This document shows, in pieces, positions 23,410 through 24,000 of a DNA stretch of 24,000 nt. Made by a program: the position numbers and the translations under genes. A model generated the notes under the pieces. That model made no database searches, was not told the origin of the DNA, and was given only the letters and a program-made list of their open reading frames with translations. Source of the DNA: Solibacillus sp. CAU 1738 (lineage in GTDB: Bacteria > Bacillota > Bacilli > Bacillales_A > Planococcaceae); contig NZ_JBDQQN010000002.1 of NCBI RefSeq assembly GCF_039888725.1, forward strand, positions 578,024-602,023, in the 5' to 3' direction. The first letter of the stretch is position 1, and each line of letters opens with the position of its first letter.

Positions 23410-23500
23410 ATCCGCCGTTATTTGTGATTTATCCGCCACTTTTCGATGGATATCCGCCAAAAATCACGATATATCCGTCACTTTTCATGTTTTTTCCGCC
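23410..23500. repeat. Five direct repeats of (A/T)TCCG(C/T)C phased at exactly 21 bp
   Basis: ATCCGCC at 23410, 23431 and 23452; ATCCGTC at 23473; TTCCGCC at 23494. They lie upstream of the 114-aa gene and overlap the 3' end of the NERD-like gene. Confidence 0.85.
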
Positions 23501-24000
23501 AAACAGTTTCGGGTATTAAATATCGCCTACCTTTATTAGAACCTTCATAATAAAAGCCCGCTCTTGTTAAAAGTTTATTTGCTACGTCTGCACTGTCAAT
23601 CAAGAAAAATTCTCTCAATTCCTTATTCGTTATCCATTCATTTATTAATAGTCGATAATCATGTAAACCTTGAAGTAAAGCTTCTCGAGAAATCTGTCCG
23701 CAAGCACAAACAAATCTGCCGCGTGAATAGTACATCACGCTTCCACATTTACATAATGCACCACTCCTGATCGGAATTTTCCCAAAAGGATGCTTCCATT
23801 TACGTATTTTATATTTCTTTAATAATTCATCCTTTATTAAAAATACCATATTGTTTGAAACACGCACTGGATAAGACTTTAGCCAATCATGTAGTTTTAG
23901 CCTTAGTCCGGATAATTTAAAAACTTGAAAATGCGGTGGCATCATTTCAATAATTGATGAGGAGCTAGTTATAATAACGGCTGTCAAAATCGGTAACTCC
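23478..24000 (-). CDS. C-terminal part of a NERD-domain-like protein with a zinc ribbon (5' end outside the window)
   Basis: The frame stays open upstream of the ORF-track TTG at 23987 to the window edge. CKCGSVMYYSRGRFVCACG zinc ribbon. The general look is that of Bacillus NERD proteins. Confidence 0.5.
   Translation of the reverse strand, partial: ELPILTAVIITSSSSIIEMMPPHFQVFKLSGLRLKLHDWLKSYPVRVSNNMVFLIKDELLKKYKIRKWKHPFGKIPIRSGALCKCGSVMYYSRGRFVCACGQISREALLQGLHDYRLLINEWITNKELREFFLIDSADVANKLLTRAGFYYEGSNKGRRYLIPETVWRKKHEK

Noticed and set aside
23410-23500. 21-bp phased repeats as a CRISPR or minisatellite
   Set aside because: The repeat core is only 7 bp within 21-bp units, with five copies. 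This is the scale of protein-binding sites, not of CRISPR repeats.
19879-23770. Overlapping ORFs 19879-20073 (+, out of frame inside the integrase gene), 21167-21751, 23327-23539 and 23564-23770
   Set aside because: They lie within or opposite well-supported genes (int, ricA/miaB, the 114-aa gene and the NERD-like gene). They are shadow ORFs.

Overview
Low-GC Firmicute (Bacillus/Lysinibacillus-like) chromosome. About 20.9 kb of the window is the right-hand part of a temperate prophage, which runs off the left edge. About 3 kb of host DNA follows: ricA/ymcA, miaB, a hypothetical gene and a 5'-truncated NERD-like gene. Read right to left, mostly on the minus strand, the prophage modules are as follows. 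(1) Tyrosine integrase, ImmA-type metalloprotease, and a cI-like/Cro-like switch with four GAAAC-N5-GTTTC operators. (2) An early region with a Rha/KilAC antirepressor and small HTH proteins. (3) A recombination and replication region: YqaJ exonuclease, RecT, a DnaD-like initiator with internal 15-bp iterons, and a DnaC-like loader. (4) An 800-bp ORF-poor region, a sigma-region-4-like late activator and a large HNH fusion protein. (5) terS, terL, portal and the start of a head-morphogenesis gene. Two stretches look accessory and are the most interesting. The first (about 3.5-6.9 kb) is a visibly AT-rich array of three cassettes between the HNH gene and terS. Direct copies of a 23-nt terS-junction box bound the cassettes, and each carries terminators and reused leader/SD sequences. 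They encode two paralogous 2-TM proteins, a 1-TM protein, a 72-aa protein and a 226-aa soluble protein, which makes them candidates for exclusion or abortive infection. The second (18.0-19.1 kb) is a 293-aa protein with a C-terminal HEPN/DUF4145-like RNxxxH domain plus a small convergent gene, wedged between the repressor and ImmA. Several plus-strand units (extended -10 promoter followed by an intrinsic terminator) lie antisense to the minus-strand operons and may be small RNAs. All functional calls come from motif and position recognition by eye. No database search was run.
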